Part shown: in pieces, positions 1 to 8,971 of the stretch
Numbering within the stretch: position 1 is the stretch's first letter
Layout of the letters: every line of letters begins with the position of its first letter
NCBI GenBank assembly: GCA_050916045.1
Contig: CP051526.1
Location: 3,552,001-3,616,000, forward strand
Length of the DNA: 64,000 bases
Direction of reading: 5' to 3'
From: Tepidisphaera sp.
GTDB lineage: Bacteria; Planctomycetota; Phycisphaerae; Phycisphaerales; UBA1924
Made by a program: the position numbers and the translations under genes
Notes under the pieces: generated by a model
The model's database searches: none
Told to the model about the DNA's origin: nothing
Seen by the model: the letters and a program-made list of their open reading frames with translations, nothing else

Positions 1-852
1 GAGGATCTGCGTGGCGATCAGGTCGTACTGATCGAGGGCGAGCGCCGTCCGCCACGCCCGAAGCTGTTCATCAAGCTCCTTGAAGCGGCGGGCTTTGACC
101 GCCTGCCCCTTGACGATGCGGAGGCGGCGTTCGGTCGATTCGAGCTGGTCGCGGGTCTGGACGAGGTTGAGCTGGGCTTTCTCAAGCTTGCGCTCGGCTT
201 CGATCCGCCGCTGCTTGTACTTCGCGACGCCGGCGGCTTCCTCGAAGATCGTCCGCCGCTCCTGCGGGCTGGCGAGAAGCATCGCATCGACCTTGCCCTG
301 CTCGATGATCGAGTACGCATCGGCGCCGATGCCCGTATCCAAAAAGAGCTCGCGGATGTCGCGCAAGCGGGCTTTCTTGCCGTTGATCAGGTACTGACTC
401 GTCCCGTCGCGATAAAGCCGGCGCTCGACTTCGACCTCATCGGCGTCGATCGGCAACCCGCGCTTGCCGCGGAGCTTCATGTCGATGACCGGCCCCTCTT
501 CGGAGTCGAGCGGATCGATGGCGGCGGGCTGCTCGCCCTCGGCGACTTCCTCGGCGGTGACCGCGACGGTCTCGAGGGGCTTCTCGATGCGCGGGTTGTC
601 GAAGGTGAGCGTGACGCTCGCCATGCCCCCGGGCTTGCGGCCGGCGCTGCCGGCGAAGATCACGTCGAGCATCTCGGTGCCGCGCAGACTTTTGCTCGAC
701 CGCTCGCCGAGGACCCACTTGATGGCGTCGACGATGTTGCTCTTGCCGCAGCCGTTGGGGCCGACGACGCCGGTGATGGCTTCATCAAACGTGAACTCCG
801 CCGAGTCGGCGAAGGACTTGAAGCCCGAGAGAGTCAGTTTGGTCAGACGCAT
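1..852 (-). CDS. smc: Chromosome segregation protein SMC, N-terminal part (continues beyond window start)
   Basis: Not in the ORF track. Manual translation from ATG at 852 gives MRLTKLTLSGFKSFAD...GPNGCGKSNIVDAIKWVLGE...SLRG...DVIFAGS...YSIIEQGKVD...IFEEAAGVAKYK, i.e. Walker A, Q-loop and SMC head motifs. Confidence 0.97.
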   Translation of the reverse strand, partial: MRLTKLTLSGFKSFADSAEFTFDEAITGVVGPNGCGKSNIVDAIKWVLGERSSKSLRGTEMLDVIFAGSAGRKPGGMASVTLTFDNPRIEKPLETVAVTAEEVAEGEQPAAIDPLDSEEGPVIDMKLRGKRGLPIDADEVEVERRLYRDGTSQYLINGKKARLRDIRELFLDTGIGADAYSIIEQGKVDAMLLASPQERRTIFEEAAGVAKYKQRRIEAERKLEKAQLNLVQTRDQLESTERRLRIVKGQAVKARRFKELDEQLRAWRTALALDQYDLIATQIL

Positions 853-1030
853 GATTGAAAGCACCCTCTCGACGCCGCCAAAGCCCCACGGATTGGGGCC
901 TGAACGCAGGCGCGTACAGCGTATGGTGGTCGGGCGCGTCGGTCCGGCGCAACCGACAGGCGTTCAACACCTTTTTGCGGCCAATTTCAGGGCGCGCAAG
1001 CCCCTCAACCCGGGCGTGAGGGTGCCCCCC

Positions 1031-3076
1031 TTACTGCCGGTCTTCCTTGGCTTTGTCCCCGGGGCTTTGCGGCCGGATGACCGGAATGATCTTGGGCCTG
1101 GGTGCCGCGGCCGGTCGGCCCTCGGCCTGCTTGACGGCTTCGGCGGTGGGCTGCTCGACGACGAGCATCGCTTCGCGATCTTCCGGCGTCTCCGGGCGGA
1201 TGCGGGGAGCGGCGGCCTTGGTCGCTTCGGCGAACTTGGCTTTCAGCTTGTCCTTCTCCGTCGCAAAGACGCAGATCGTGCCCCGAGCCTGGTGCAGCGC
1301 GTACAACGCCCCCACCACTTCCGAGTACGTCATGTCGAGGCCGGGACGCGGATCCTCCGGCGACGACTTGCGAGCGAAGAACTCGACCAGATGCTCGAGC
1401 GATCCGTCCGTCTCGTGCCGGTACGTCTTCCCGTCGCGGTAATCGCGGTAGTAGACGCGGTGCACCGTGCTCCCGCTCTCCGCCGTGATCATCAAGCGGT
1501 CCTCCCAGGCCGAGACCAGCATCGGAGCCTCGAGCTTCATCCCGCCGGTCTCGCCGCCGAAAAGCACGATGCGCGGCTGTCCCTGCTGGGTCACGTAGAT
1601 CATCGGGTCGCCGTAGGGCACGATGTCAAGCTGGAACTTGTCTCCGACGATCTCGCGGCGAACGCCCTGGATGTTGTTCCCGGGGATCGCGCCGCGAAGA
1701 AGCACATCCCGGTGCGTCGGATTCGTCAGTTCGTAATCGCCGGTGGCCCGAGCGGCCGCCGCGGCTTCCCGCATCGCTCTGCGGCGGGCGATCCCCTGAG
1801 CGCGGGACGCCAGCGCCTCGTACGCGGTGACGCGGACGAGAAGCTCACGCGACTTGAGAAGCTCGCGGAGGGCAAGGTCGATGTTCGGACCGCCGTCGAC
1901 GGACTTCAGCAGGTCGATGGCTTCGAATCGCTCCGGCCCGTTGCCGGTCTGCGCCGTGCGGATCAGGTGCTCGGCGGACTTGTGATCGCCAAGCCGCGCC
2001 CCGACCCGCAGCGCCGTGATTCTCGGCACCACCTCGGGGTAGTCATAAAGCTCGCGTGCAAAACGGATCGCCGCGTCCCCGCCAACCGCCATCAGGCAAT
2101 ACCCAAGCTCGGTCGCGAGCCACGGCTGCTCCTTCATCGCTTCGACGTATCGCTTCGCGTAGAGGTCCGGAGCGGACATGTCGATCTGCAGGTGCCGCAC
2201 GATCTGGACGAAGTCGCCGGCCTCCTCGACCATGCTGGCCGGGACCTGAAGTGCCAGAGAGTCGCCGGTGCGTCCCATCGCCGTCTTGCCGCGAGAGCCG
2301 GGCTCCTCGGGGAACCGCGTGTTGATCGCTTCGGCCATCCGCCGGGTCCTGGCGTGGCTCGGCTCATCAAGAAGGATCTCGATCTTCAGCGGCTCCACCA
2401 CGGCGCCGCCCGCAAGCACGCGGCCGGTGCGGCGCGTCACACCGTCGGCTTCCGCCGCCGGATCATCGAACGGATTGATGAAGACCGGCCCGCGAGCGGT
2501 CGCGAGCCGACGCCCGCGCAGGCCCCCGATCGAACCGGCTCCTCCCGACTGGATGTACAGGTCGGTCGTCCAAAGCGTGCCGCCCTCCAGGCTGGTCGCG
2601 TTAATCGCCGTCACGTACGCATCAAACGGAAGACCCTTCGGCGCCGCGGGCGGCACCGCCGCCTGAACGAGCACCACCGCGACGTTCTTGTCGCGGAGCA
2701 TCTCCTTGGGCGACTTCCCGTTGATCGCGTACCCCTCGTAGTTAATCGTGGCCGAGATGTCCCGGCGGTTCATCTCAAGCTCGATCTGGGCCGCCAAAGC
2801 CTCGTCCAGAATGCCCCCGCCTGTCCCGTTGAGGCCGACCACCACGCCGTACCCGAAAACCACGATCGGCTCGGTGCCGTTGAGGGTCGTCGAAGCCCCG
2901 ATCGTGTTTACAAGCACGCTCGGCACGTCGCGAACGATCGGCTCGGCGCGACGGGGCTTGGGCGGCGGATCCGACTCGCACGCAGACATCACGGTGGCGA
3001 GCAAAAGCCCCGCCAGCACGGCGAGGGGACGTGTACCAAGGTGACGCCGGGGTGCGGCGCTGCAAGTCCAAGCCAT
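1031..3076 (-). CDS. FlgI (flagellar P-ring)-like lipoprotein with HEAT-like helical C-terminal region
   Basis: GYGVVVGLNGTG and ATSLEGGTLWTTDL resemble the FlgI N-terminus; hydrophobic signal with lipobox-like VMSAC; helical repeats downstream; no other flagellar genes nearby. Confidence 0.7.
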   Translation of the reverse strand: MAWTCSAAPRRHLGTRPLAVLAGLLLATVMSACESDPPPKPRRAEPIVRDVPSVLVNTIGASTTLNGTEPIVVFGYGVVVGLNGTGGGILDEALAAQIELEMNRRDISATINYEGYAINGKSPKEMLRDKNVAVVLVQAAVPPAAPKGLPFDAYVTAINATSLEGGTLWTTDLYIQSGGAGSIGGLRGRRLATARGPVFINPFDDPAAEADGVTRRTGRVLAGGAVVEPLKIEILLDEPSHARTRRMAEAINTRFPEEPGSRGKTAMGRTGDSLALQVPASMVEEAGDFVQIVRHLQIDMSAPDLYAKRYVEAMKEQPWLATELGYCLMAVGGDAAIRFARELYDYPEVVPRITALRVGARLGDHKSAEHLIRTAQTGNGPERFEAIDLLKSVDGGPNIDLALRELLKSRELLVRVTAYEALASRAQGIARRRAMREAAAAARATGDYELTNPTHRDVLLRGAIPGNNIQGVRREIVGDKFQLDIVPYGDPMIYVTQQGQPRIVLFGGETGGMKLEAPMLVSAWEDRLMITAESGSTVHRVYYRDYRDGKTYRHETDGSLEHLVEFFARKSSPEDPRPGLDMTYSEVVGALYALHQARGTICVFATEKDKLKAKFAEATKAAAPRIRPETPEDREAMLVVEQPTAEAVKQAEGRPAAAPRPKIIPVIRPQSPGDKAKEDRQ

Positions 3077-3244
3077 CGAGTCATCTCCGTGGAACCCAAG
3101 TCGGGTTCCGATGCCGGGGCGTCAGCCGTGGCGGCTTTGTGCTCCCAGACGCCGATCCAGCAGGACCCGCGTCGCACGGTACTTTACGACATCCGCGGGG
3201 TGCGCAGTTCTGGCCAATCCCAACTTCGCCTCCGACCCCGCTCA

Positions 3245-3292
3245 TCCACCCCCAAACCCACCCCCAAACCCGCCCCCAAACCCGCCTCCAAA
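3245..3292. repeat. 4 x 12-bp tandem repeat, consensus CCC(A/G)CCCCCAAA
   Basis: tccacccccaaa cccacccccaaa cccgcccccaaa cccgcctccaaa read directly. Confidence 0.9.
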
Positions 3293-3493
3293 ACCGCTCC
3301 GGCGACCGGCGAAAGAGTTTTCCACAATCGGCGCGATCCAGGGCCCCGGACGGAGGCCGAAATCATGCCCTGGTCGGTCCCCGTTCATGGGCTGGATCCC
3401 CTATCTCGTCCGCCGGGCGGAAGATTCTCGACCACCGCCAAGTCTCGGTCCGGACGGAGGTTAGATTCAACCGACAGGGGGTCCACGCTCTGT

Positions 3494-3541
3494 CCACATC
3501 ATTTTGTGGCTAAAGGGGCTTGCACCCACAACCTGTCGTGG
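3494..3541 (+). promoter_or_regulatory. Tandem NrdR-box-like operators (3494-3509, 3526-3541)
   Basis: CCACATCATTTTGTGG and CCACAACCTGTCGTGG: 16-bp imperfect palindromes 32 bp apart start-to-start, upstream of dcd-nrdJ. Confidence 0.75.
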
Positions 3542-3547
3542 TATCCT
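3520..3547 (+). promoter_or_regulatory. Sigma70-type promoter of dcd-nrdJ
   Basis: TTGCAC (3520-3525), 16-bp spacer, TATCCT (3542-3547) with extended TG at 3539-3540. Confidence 0.6.
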
Positions 3548-3704
3548 CTAGGCCCGGCCACTGGTGGTGGCCAGCCGACGCGAGGCCGATCGATGAACCA
3601 TTCGTCTCCTGTTCATCCCGTCCAAGCGTGTGCGCCCAAAGCTCGGTAAGTTTGTTCTGTTCGCACTCTGTCCGGCTCGGCCGGCGAGCGCGTGGGGAGT
3701 TGTC

Positions 3705-4283
3705 GTGCCTGTTCTTGCCGACCATCAAATCCGCTCGCTGGTGAAGATCCAGCCGTTCGAGGATGCGGTCAAACGCCCCGGCCGCATCTCCTACGGCGTG
3801 TCGTCGTACGGGTACGACGTTCGGGTCGGGACCTCGTTCAAGATCTTCACCCCCACGCCCAAGAGCGGCGACATCGCCATCGTCGACCCCAAGAAGTTCT
3901 CCGACGACATGATGGTCTCCGTCGATGTGGGCCACAAGCCCGCCGGCGACCAGTACGTCATCATCCCGCCCAACAGCTTCGCGCTCTGCGAGACGGTCGA
4001 GTACATCGAGATCCCGCGGGACATCCTCGTGATCTGCGTGGGCAAGAGCACGTACGCCCGCTGCGGCCTGATCGTGAACGTGACGCCGCTGGAGCCCGAA
4101 TGGCGCGGGAAAGTGACGCTTGAGATTTCGAACACGACGCCGCTGCCGGCGAAGGTGTACGCGAACGAGGGGATCGCCCAGTTCATCTTTATGAAGGGCG
4201 ATGCGGTCTGCGAGAAGAGCTACGCGGACAAGGGCGGGAAATACCAGGACCAAGGCGGGTTGACGCTTCCCAAGGTCGATTGA
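3705..4283 (+). CDS. dcd: dCTP deaminase
   Basis: [44 protein letters not shown] motifs; GTG start at 3705 after GGGAG. Confidence 0.96.
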   Translation: MPVLADHQIRSLVKIQPFEDAVKRPGRISYGVSSYGYDVRVGTSFKIFTPTPKSGDIAIVDPKKFSDDMMVSVDVGHKPAGDQYVIIPPNSFALCETVEYIEIPRDILVICVGKSTYARCGLIVNVTPLEPEWRGKVTLEISNTTPLPAKVYANEGIAQFIFMKGDAVCEKSYADKGGKYQDQGGLTLPKVD

Positions 4284-4328
4284 AGTGCGTTTGACAACCA
4301 AGCATTCCATGCATGAGGCATCGCGGAC

Positions 4329-7300
4329 ATGAAGATCTCTCGCAAATTCACTCAGGCCGGCTCTGACCCCTTCGCGTCCACTAAGTGGGTGAAGCGGTCG
4401 TCCCGAATCTCGAACCCTGACGGCTCGATCGTCTTTGAGATGAAGGACGCGGAGGTTCCGGAATCCTGGAGCCAGCTCGCGACCGACATCATGGTCAGCA
4501 AGTACTTCCGCAAAGCGGGGGTGCCGCAGGCCGACGGGACCAAAGGCCCCGAGAAGTCCGCTCGCCAGGTGATCCACCGCCTTGCCGGCTGCTGGAAGCA
4601 CTGGGGCGAGACGCACGGGTACTTTGACTCGAAGGAGGACGCCCAAGCGTTCTACGACGAGCTTTCGTTCATGCTGGTGCACCAGATGGCGGCGCCGAAC
4701 AGCCCGCAGTGGTTCAACACCGGGCTCCAGTGGGCGTACGGGATCAACGGCCCGGCGCAGGGGCACTTCGTGCCCGACCACAAGACGGGCGAGGTGACGC
4801 TCGCGAAGGATGCGTACACGCACCCGCAGCCGCACGCCTGCTTCATCCAGAGCGTGGATGACGATCTGGTCTCCGACGGCGGCATCATGGACCTGTGGGT
4901 CCGCGAAGCTCGCCTGTTCAAGTACGGCTCGGGCACCGGGACGAACTTCAGCAACCTGCGCGGCGATGGCGAGAAGCTGTCGGGCGGCGGACGCTCGAGC
5001 GGCCTGATGAGCTGGCTCCGCATCGGCGACCGGGCGGCTTCGGCGATCAAGTCCGGCGGGACGACGCGTCGCGCGGCGAAGATGGTCTGCCTGGACATGG
5101 ACCATCCGGACATCGAGGAATTCGTGAACTGGAAGGTTCGCGAGGAGATCAAGGTGCAGGCGATGGTCGAGGGTCTCAAGCTGCTCAAGAAGAGCAACAA
5201 GGAGATCGCCGAGACCTGCGAGAAGCTCAAGCTCAAGCTCGACTACGACTTCAACGGCGAGGCGTACGCGACCGTCGCCGGGCAGAACAGCAACAACTCG
5301 GTCCGGATCCCGGACGCGTTCTTCGAAGCCGTCGACGGCAACTCGGAGTGGCAGACGTTCTGGCGGACGAAGAAAGCCGTCGCCCGCACGCACAACGCCC
5401 GCAAGCTCTGGGACGACATCTGCTACGCCGCGTGGCGGTGCGCCGACCCGGGCGTGCAGTACGACACGACGATCAACGCGTGGCACACCTGCCCCGGCGC
5501 GGGCCGCATCAACGCGAGCAACCCGTGCTCGGAGTACATGTTCCTGGACAACACGGCGTGCAACCTCGCGTCGCTGAACGTCCTGAAGTTCTACGACCCG
5601 GCGACGCGGACCTTCGACGTCGCGCTCTACGAGCACGCCTGCGACATCTGGACGATGGTCCTTGAGATCAGCGTGCTGATGGCTTCGTTCCCGAGCAAGC
5701 CGATCGCAGAGCTTTCGTGGAAGTACCGCACGCTGGGCCTCGGGTACGCCAACCTGGGCGCGATGCTGATGCAGCTTGGCATTCCGTACGACAGCGAAGA
5801 GGGCCGCGCGATCTGCGGGTGCCTGTCCGCGATCATGACGGGCCGCAGCTACCGGATGAGCGCGATGCTCGCGAAGGAGCACGGGCCGTTCCCCGGCTAC
5901 GCCCCCGAGCGCGAGAACATGCTCCGCGTGATCCGCAACCACCGCCGCGCCGCTCACGGCGTGAAGCGTGAAGCCGCCGAGTGGGAAGGCCTGCACCCCA
6001 AGACGCGCCCGGTCCCGATCAACCACACGCTCGTCAAGAGCGGCAAGGTCGGCGGCCCCAAGCACGGCCTGTCCAACGCGACGACGCTCCTGGACCACTC
6101 AATCGCAGCGTGGGACGACGCTCTCGCTCTGGGCGAGAAGCACGGGTACCGCAACGCCCAGGTCACGGTCATCGCGCCCACCGGCACGATCGGCCTGCTG
6201 ATGGACTGCGACACCACCGGCGTCGAGCCTGACTTCGCGCTCGTCAAGTTCAAGAAGCTCGCCGGCGGCGGCTACTTCAAGATCGCCAACGAGTCCGTCG
6301 CCCCGGCTCTCAAAGCCATGGGGTACACCGAGAGCCAGATCTCGGACATCATGACGTACATCCTCGGCACGCTCAAGCTCAACGTCCGCCTGCCGGACGG
6401 TGTCGCCGGAGCGGACACCGGCGAGACCCTCGCCGAGTGGCTTTACCGCAAGGGCCTGCCGGTCGAGACGCTCAAAGCCGTGGAAGCCAGCCTCCCCGGC
6501 GTGTTCGAGCTTTCCTTCGCCTTTGGCGCGTGGACGATCGGTGACGAGGTCCTCAAGAAGCTCGGGATCGATCCGGAGAAAGCCAAGAACGACTTCTCGT
6601 TCAACCTGCTCCGCACGCTCGGCCTGACGGCGGCCCAGATCGACGAGCTCAACACGACCATCTGCGGCACGCAGATGATCGAGGGAGCTCCGCAGCTCAA
6701 AGCCGAGCACCTGCCGGTCTTTGACTGTGCGAACAACTGCGGCAAGAACGGCAAGCGGTTCATCGCGGCCGAGGGTCACATCCGCATGATGGCCGCGGCT
6801 CAGCCGTTCATCTCGGGCGCGATCAGCAAGACGATCAACCTGCCCAACAAAGCCAGCGTCGCCGAGATCGCTCAGGCGTACCGGCTGTCGTGGGAACTGG
6901 GCCTCAAAGCCAACGCGCTGTACCGCGACGGGTGCAAGCTCAGCCAGCCGCTCAGCAGCACCAGCGACCAGGAAAAGGGCAAGGAAGGCGAAGCCGAGGT
7001 CGCCGTCACCAAGGTCGAGACGAAGGTCGAAGTCATCAAGCCCGTGCCGGCCAAGCCGACGCGCCGCCGCCTCCCGGACACGCGCCGGTCGATCACGCAC
7101 AAGTTCAACGTCGCCGGCCACGAGGGATACCTCACCGTCGGCCTGTACGAGGACGGCAAGCCGGGCGAGCTCTTCATCACGATGAGCAAGGAAGGCTCGA
7201 CGATCGGCGGCCTGATGGACGCCGTCGGCACCGCCACCAGCGTGTCGCTCCAGTACGGCGTGCCGGTCGAAAGCCTCGTGACCAAGTTCAGCCACCAGCG

Positions 7301-7724
7301 CTTCGAGCCGGCCGGGTTCACCGAAAACCCGGACATCCCGATCGCCAAGAGCCTCGTCGACTACATCTTCCGCTGGATGGGGATGCAGTTCATCGAGGGG
7401 TACCGCGAGGAGCACGCTCCCAAGCGCGGCAAGCCCGCGTCGGCCGCTCCCTCAGACACCGTCGCTCGCTTTAGCGTGAAGGATGATGTCGAGGTCAAGC
7501 GTGCCGCTTCGCCCGAGCCCTCGCCGATGGCGGCGGTGGTGACGAGCGAGACGATCATCGAGCAGGTCGTGGTCAAGGGCTCGGTCGGTCGGACGGCGCT
7601 GGACGCTCTGGCGAAAGCCAACCAGGGTGACGCTCCCGCGTGCAGCACGTGCGGATCGATCACGGTTCGCAGCGGCACCTGCTACAAGTGCCTCAACTGC
7701 GGGGCCAGCATGGGTTGTTCGTGA
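4329..7724 (+). CDS. nrdJ: Class II (adenosylcobalamin-dependent) ribonucleotide reductase with C-terminal TSCPD-like domain and zinc ribbon
   Basis: APNSPQWFNTG, HACFI, GSGTGTN, SNPCSEY, IAPTGTI, GAISKTIN, ALYRDGCK; terminal CSTC...CYKCLNCG. Confidence 0.96.
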   Translation: MKISRKFTQAGSDPFASTKWVKRSSRISNPDGSIVFEMKDAEVPESWSQLATDIMVSKYFRKAGVPQADGTKGPEKSARQVIHRLAGCWKHWGETHGYFDSKEDAQAFYDELSFMLVHQMAAPNSPQWFNTGLQWAYGINGPAQGHFVPDHKTGEVTLAKDAYTHPQPHACFIQSVDDDLVSDGGIMDLWVREARLFKYGSGTGTNFSNLRGDGEKLSGGGRSSGLMSWLRIGDRAASAIKSGGTTRRAAKMVCLDMDHPDIEEFVNWKVREEIKVQAMVEGLKLLKKSNKEIAETCEKLKLKLDYDFNGEAYATVAGQNSNNSVRIPDAFFEAVDGNSEWQTFWRTKKAVARTHNARKLWDDICYAAWRCADPGVQYDTTINAWHTCPGAGRINASNPCSEYMFLDNTACNLASLNVLKFYDPATRTFDVALYEHACDIWTMVLEISVLMASFPSKPIAELSWKYRTLGLGYANLGAMLMQLGIPYDSEEGRAICGCLSAIMTGRSYRMSAMLAKEHGPFPGYAPERENMLRVIRNHRRAAHGVKREAAEWEGLHPKTRPVPINHTLVKSGKVGGPKHGLSNATTLLDHSIAAWDDALALGEKHGYRNAQVTVIAPTGTIGLLMDCDTTGVEPDFALVKFKKLAGGGYFKIANESVAPALKAMGYTESQISDIMTYILGTLKLNVRLPDGVAGADTGETLAEWLYRKGLPVETLKAVEASLPGVFELSFAFGAWTIGDEVLKKLGIDPEKAKNDFSFNLLRTLGLTAAQIDELNTTICGTQMIEGAPQLKAEHLPVFDCANNCGKNGKRFIAAEGHIRMMAAAQPFISGAISKTINLPNKASVAEIAQAYRLSWELGLKANALYRDGCKLSQPLSSTSDQEKGKEGEAEVAVTKVETKVEVIKPVPAKPTRRRLPDTRRSITHKFNVAGHEGYLTVGLYEDGKPGELFITMSKEGSTIGGLMDAVGTATSVSLQYGVPVESLVTKFSHQRFEPAGFTENPDIPIAKSLVDYIFRWMGMQFIEGYREEHAPKRGKPASAAPSDTVARFSVKDDVEVKRAASPEPSPMAAVVTSETIIEQVVVKGSVGRTALDALAKANQGDAPACSTCGSITVRSGTCYKCLNCGASMGCS

Positions 7725-7729
7725 ATGAA

Positions 7730-7759
7730 CAAGGCCCCGCGTGCGAACGCCGGGCCTTG
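7730..7759 (+). terminator. Hairpin immediately after nrdJ
   Basis: caaggccc-c-gcgt GCGA acgc-c-gggccttg stem-loop; no clear U-tract. Confidence 0.45.
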
Positions 7760-8040
7760 ATTGCAGGGAATTCGATCGTGGGAGGCGGGCCCGGCCGCGC
7801 GGCCGGCACTCCCGAGGGCTTCGGGGCGAGGGATCGCTCCGATCGGCAAGCTCGGCAAGATGCTGGGCGGGCCGGCAGGCCCCATCAGGTGGGCGAAACC
7901 AGAACGGCAACAGGCACGGATCGCAAAGCCAAGGAACTGAGGTTCACCACGCGGGACGACAGGCCAGGCTCAGCACGACCCACCACATGCTGAGCGACGC
8001 GCCGGGCCCGCCTCCACGATCGAGTTCGACGGATTGGGTT

Positions 8041-8112
8041 TCCAGAGTTTGGTTCAGAGCTTGGTTCAGAGCTTGTTTCAGAGCTTGGTTCAGAGCTTGG
8101 TTCAGAATTTGG
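8041..8112. repeat. 6 x 12-bp tandem repeat, consensus TTCAGAGCTTGG
   Basis: tccagagtttgg ttcagagcttgg ttcagagcttgt ttcagagcttgg ttcagagcttgg ttcagaatttgg. Confidence 0.95.
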
Positions 8113-8174
8113 TTTCTCGCGAGGTTCGCACGCTGACCCACCACCCACCAAGAGCGTGCGGGCCCGCTTCCCTG

Positions 8175-8215
8175 AGCCCCCGGGTGTGTCCACCACCGCC
8201 CGGGGGTTTTTCTTT
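8175..8215 (+). terminator. Intrinsic terminator-like hairpin with U-tract on + strand
   Basis: gcccccggg...cccggggg followed by tttttcttt. Confidence 0.6.
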
Positions 8216-8245
8216 GGGTCCCGTGAACGTCTGGCATCGCGCCGT

Positions 8246-8944
8246 TTAGCCGAGCGCGTGGAAGAACATCATCCCGGTCTTCATCTTGTCGCTTGCGGCT
8301 TTCGCGTGCGCGGGGATCTCGCTGTAGTCGTGCCAGACCTTGAGCGGGCCGTAGAACTGCCGCGTCCACGGAGCCCGGAAGTTCCAGTTGTTCGGCAGAA
8401 TGAACGGGAGGAACCCGAGGTTGTCGACGGCTTTGGCGAAGCTCGCCTGGTCGTTGCAGTCGGCGATCGCGGTCTGGGTGGCGCTCACGGGGAACTCGTG
8501 GGAGGAGTCTTCCTCGACCGCGAGCCGCTCCCATTCGCGGAAGAGCTTCTCGGCTTCCGGGCCCTTTTTCCAGAAGATGACGCCGGTGTTGTACTCGACC
8601 ATGTCGCCGGCGATCATCTTGTGGTACCGACGGGCGAAGGGAGCTTCGCAGATCGCGACCGCGACGTGGTGCTTGGCCGCTTTCTCAAACCCGTAATCGA
8701 GCCTGTCCATGACGACGGTGTCGATGTCGAGGTAGAGCGTCTCCTCGAACGGCGACCAGTCGTACATCCTGGCTTTGTCGAGCAGCTTCGCGTTCGAAGG
8801 CAGTTCGTGGATGTGGATGCCAAGCTCGGGGTGGACGGTGTAAAGCGAGTTGATGGATCGCTGCATCGCGCCGTCGTGCTTCTTGCTTTTGCCGCGGTTC
8901 CAGATGACGTACAGCACGCCGCGCTTTTTCTGGGGTTTGGCCAT
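8246..8944 (-). CDS. Putative GT-A fold (nucleotide-diphospho-sugar) glycosyltransferase
   Basis: SPFEETLYLDIDT (DxD), YNTGVIFWKK, NDQASF, LPNNWNFR motifs typical of GT8-like enzymes; 27 bp downstream of ffh. Confidence 0.7.
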   Translation of the reverse strand: MAKPQKKRGVLYVIWNRGKSKKHDGAMQRSINSLYTVHPELGIHIHELPSNAKLLDKARMYDWSPFEETLYLDIDTVVMDRLDYGFEKAAKHHVAVAICEAPFARRYHKMIAGDMVEYNTGVIFWKKGPEAEKLFREWERLAVEEDSSHEFPVSATQTAIADCNDQASFAKAVDNLGFLPFILPNNWNFRAPWTRQFYGPLKVWHDYSEIPAHAKAASDKMKTGMMFFHALG

Positions 8945-8971
8945 GTTCTCTCCTGCGTGGGGCGTGCGGAA

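Noticed and set aside
464..3649. 1061-aa plus-strand ORF, and similar long ORFs such as 3510-6098, 8156-10594, 15717-18233, 24776-27655 and 37897-40317
   Set aside because: Antisense shadows of well-supported genes, expected with high GC3 codon bias; no motifs and Arg/Pro-rich composition.
3550..3704. Cobalamin riboswitch before nrdJ
   Set aside because: No B12-box or GGGAA/GCCCCCGC core recognised; an Rfam scan would settle it.
4329..7724. Intein or intron in nrdJ
   Set aside because: Catalytic motifs are uninterrupted; no C...HN-C/S/T junctions or homing endonuclease motifs; extra length is explained by the C-terminal domains.
8041..8112. Possible CRISPR array
   Set aside because: Units are contiguous 12-mers with no spacers, and no cas genes are present.
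7885..8249. Small ORFs spanning the 12-bp array (SEPS, QSLV, LNQA, RAWF repeats)
   Set aside because: Several frames stay open simply because the 12-mer lacks stops; no convincing start signal or host-like codon usage.
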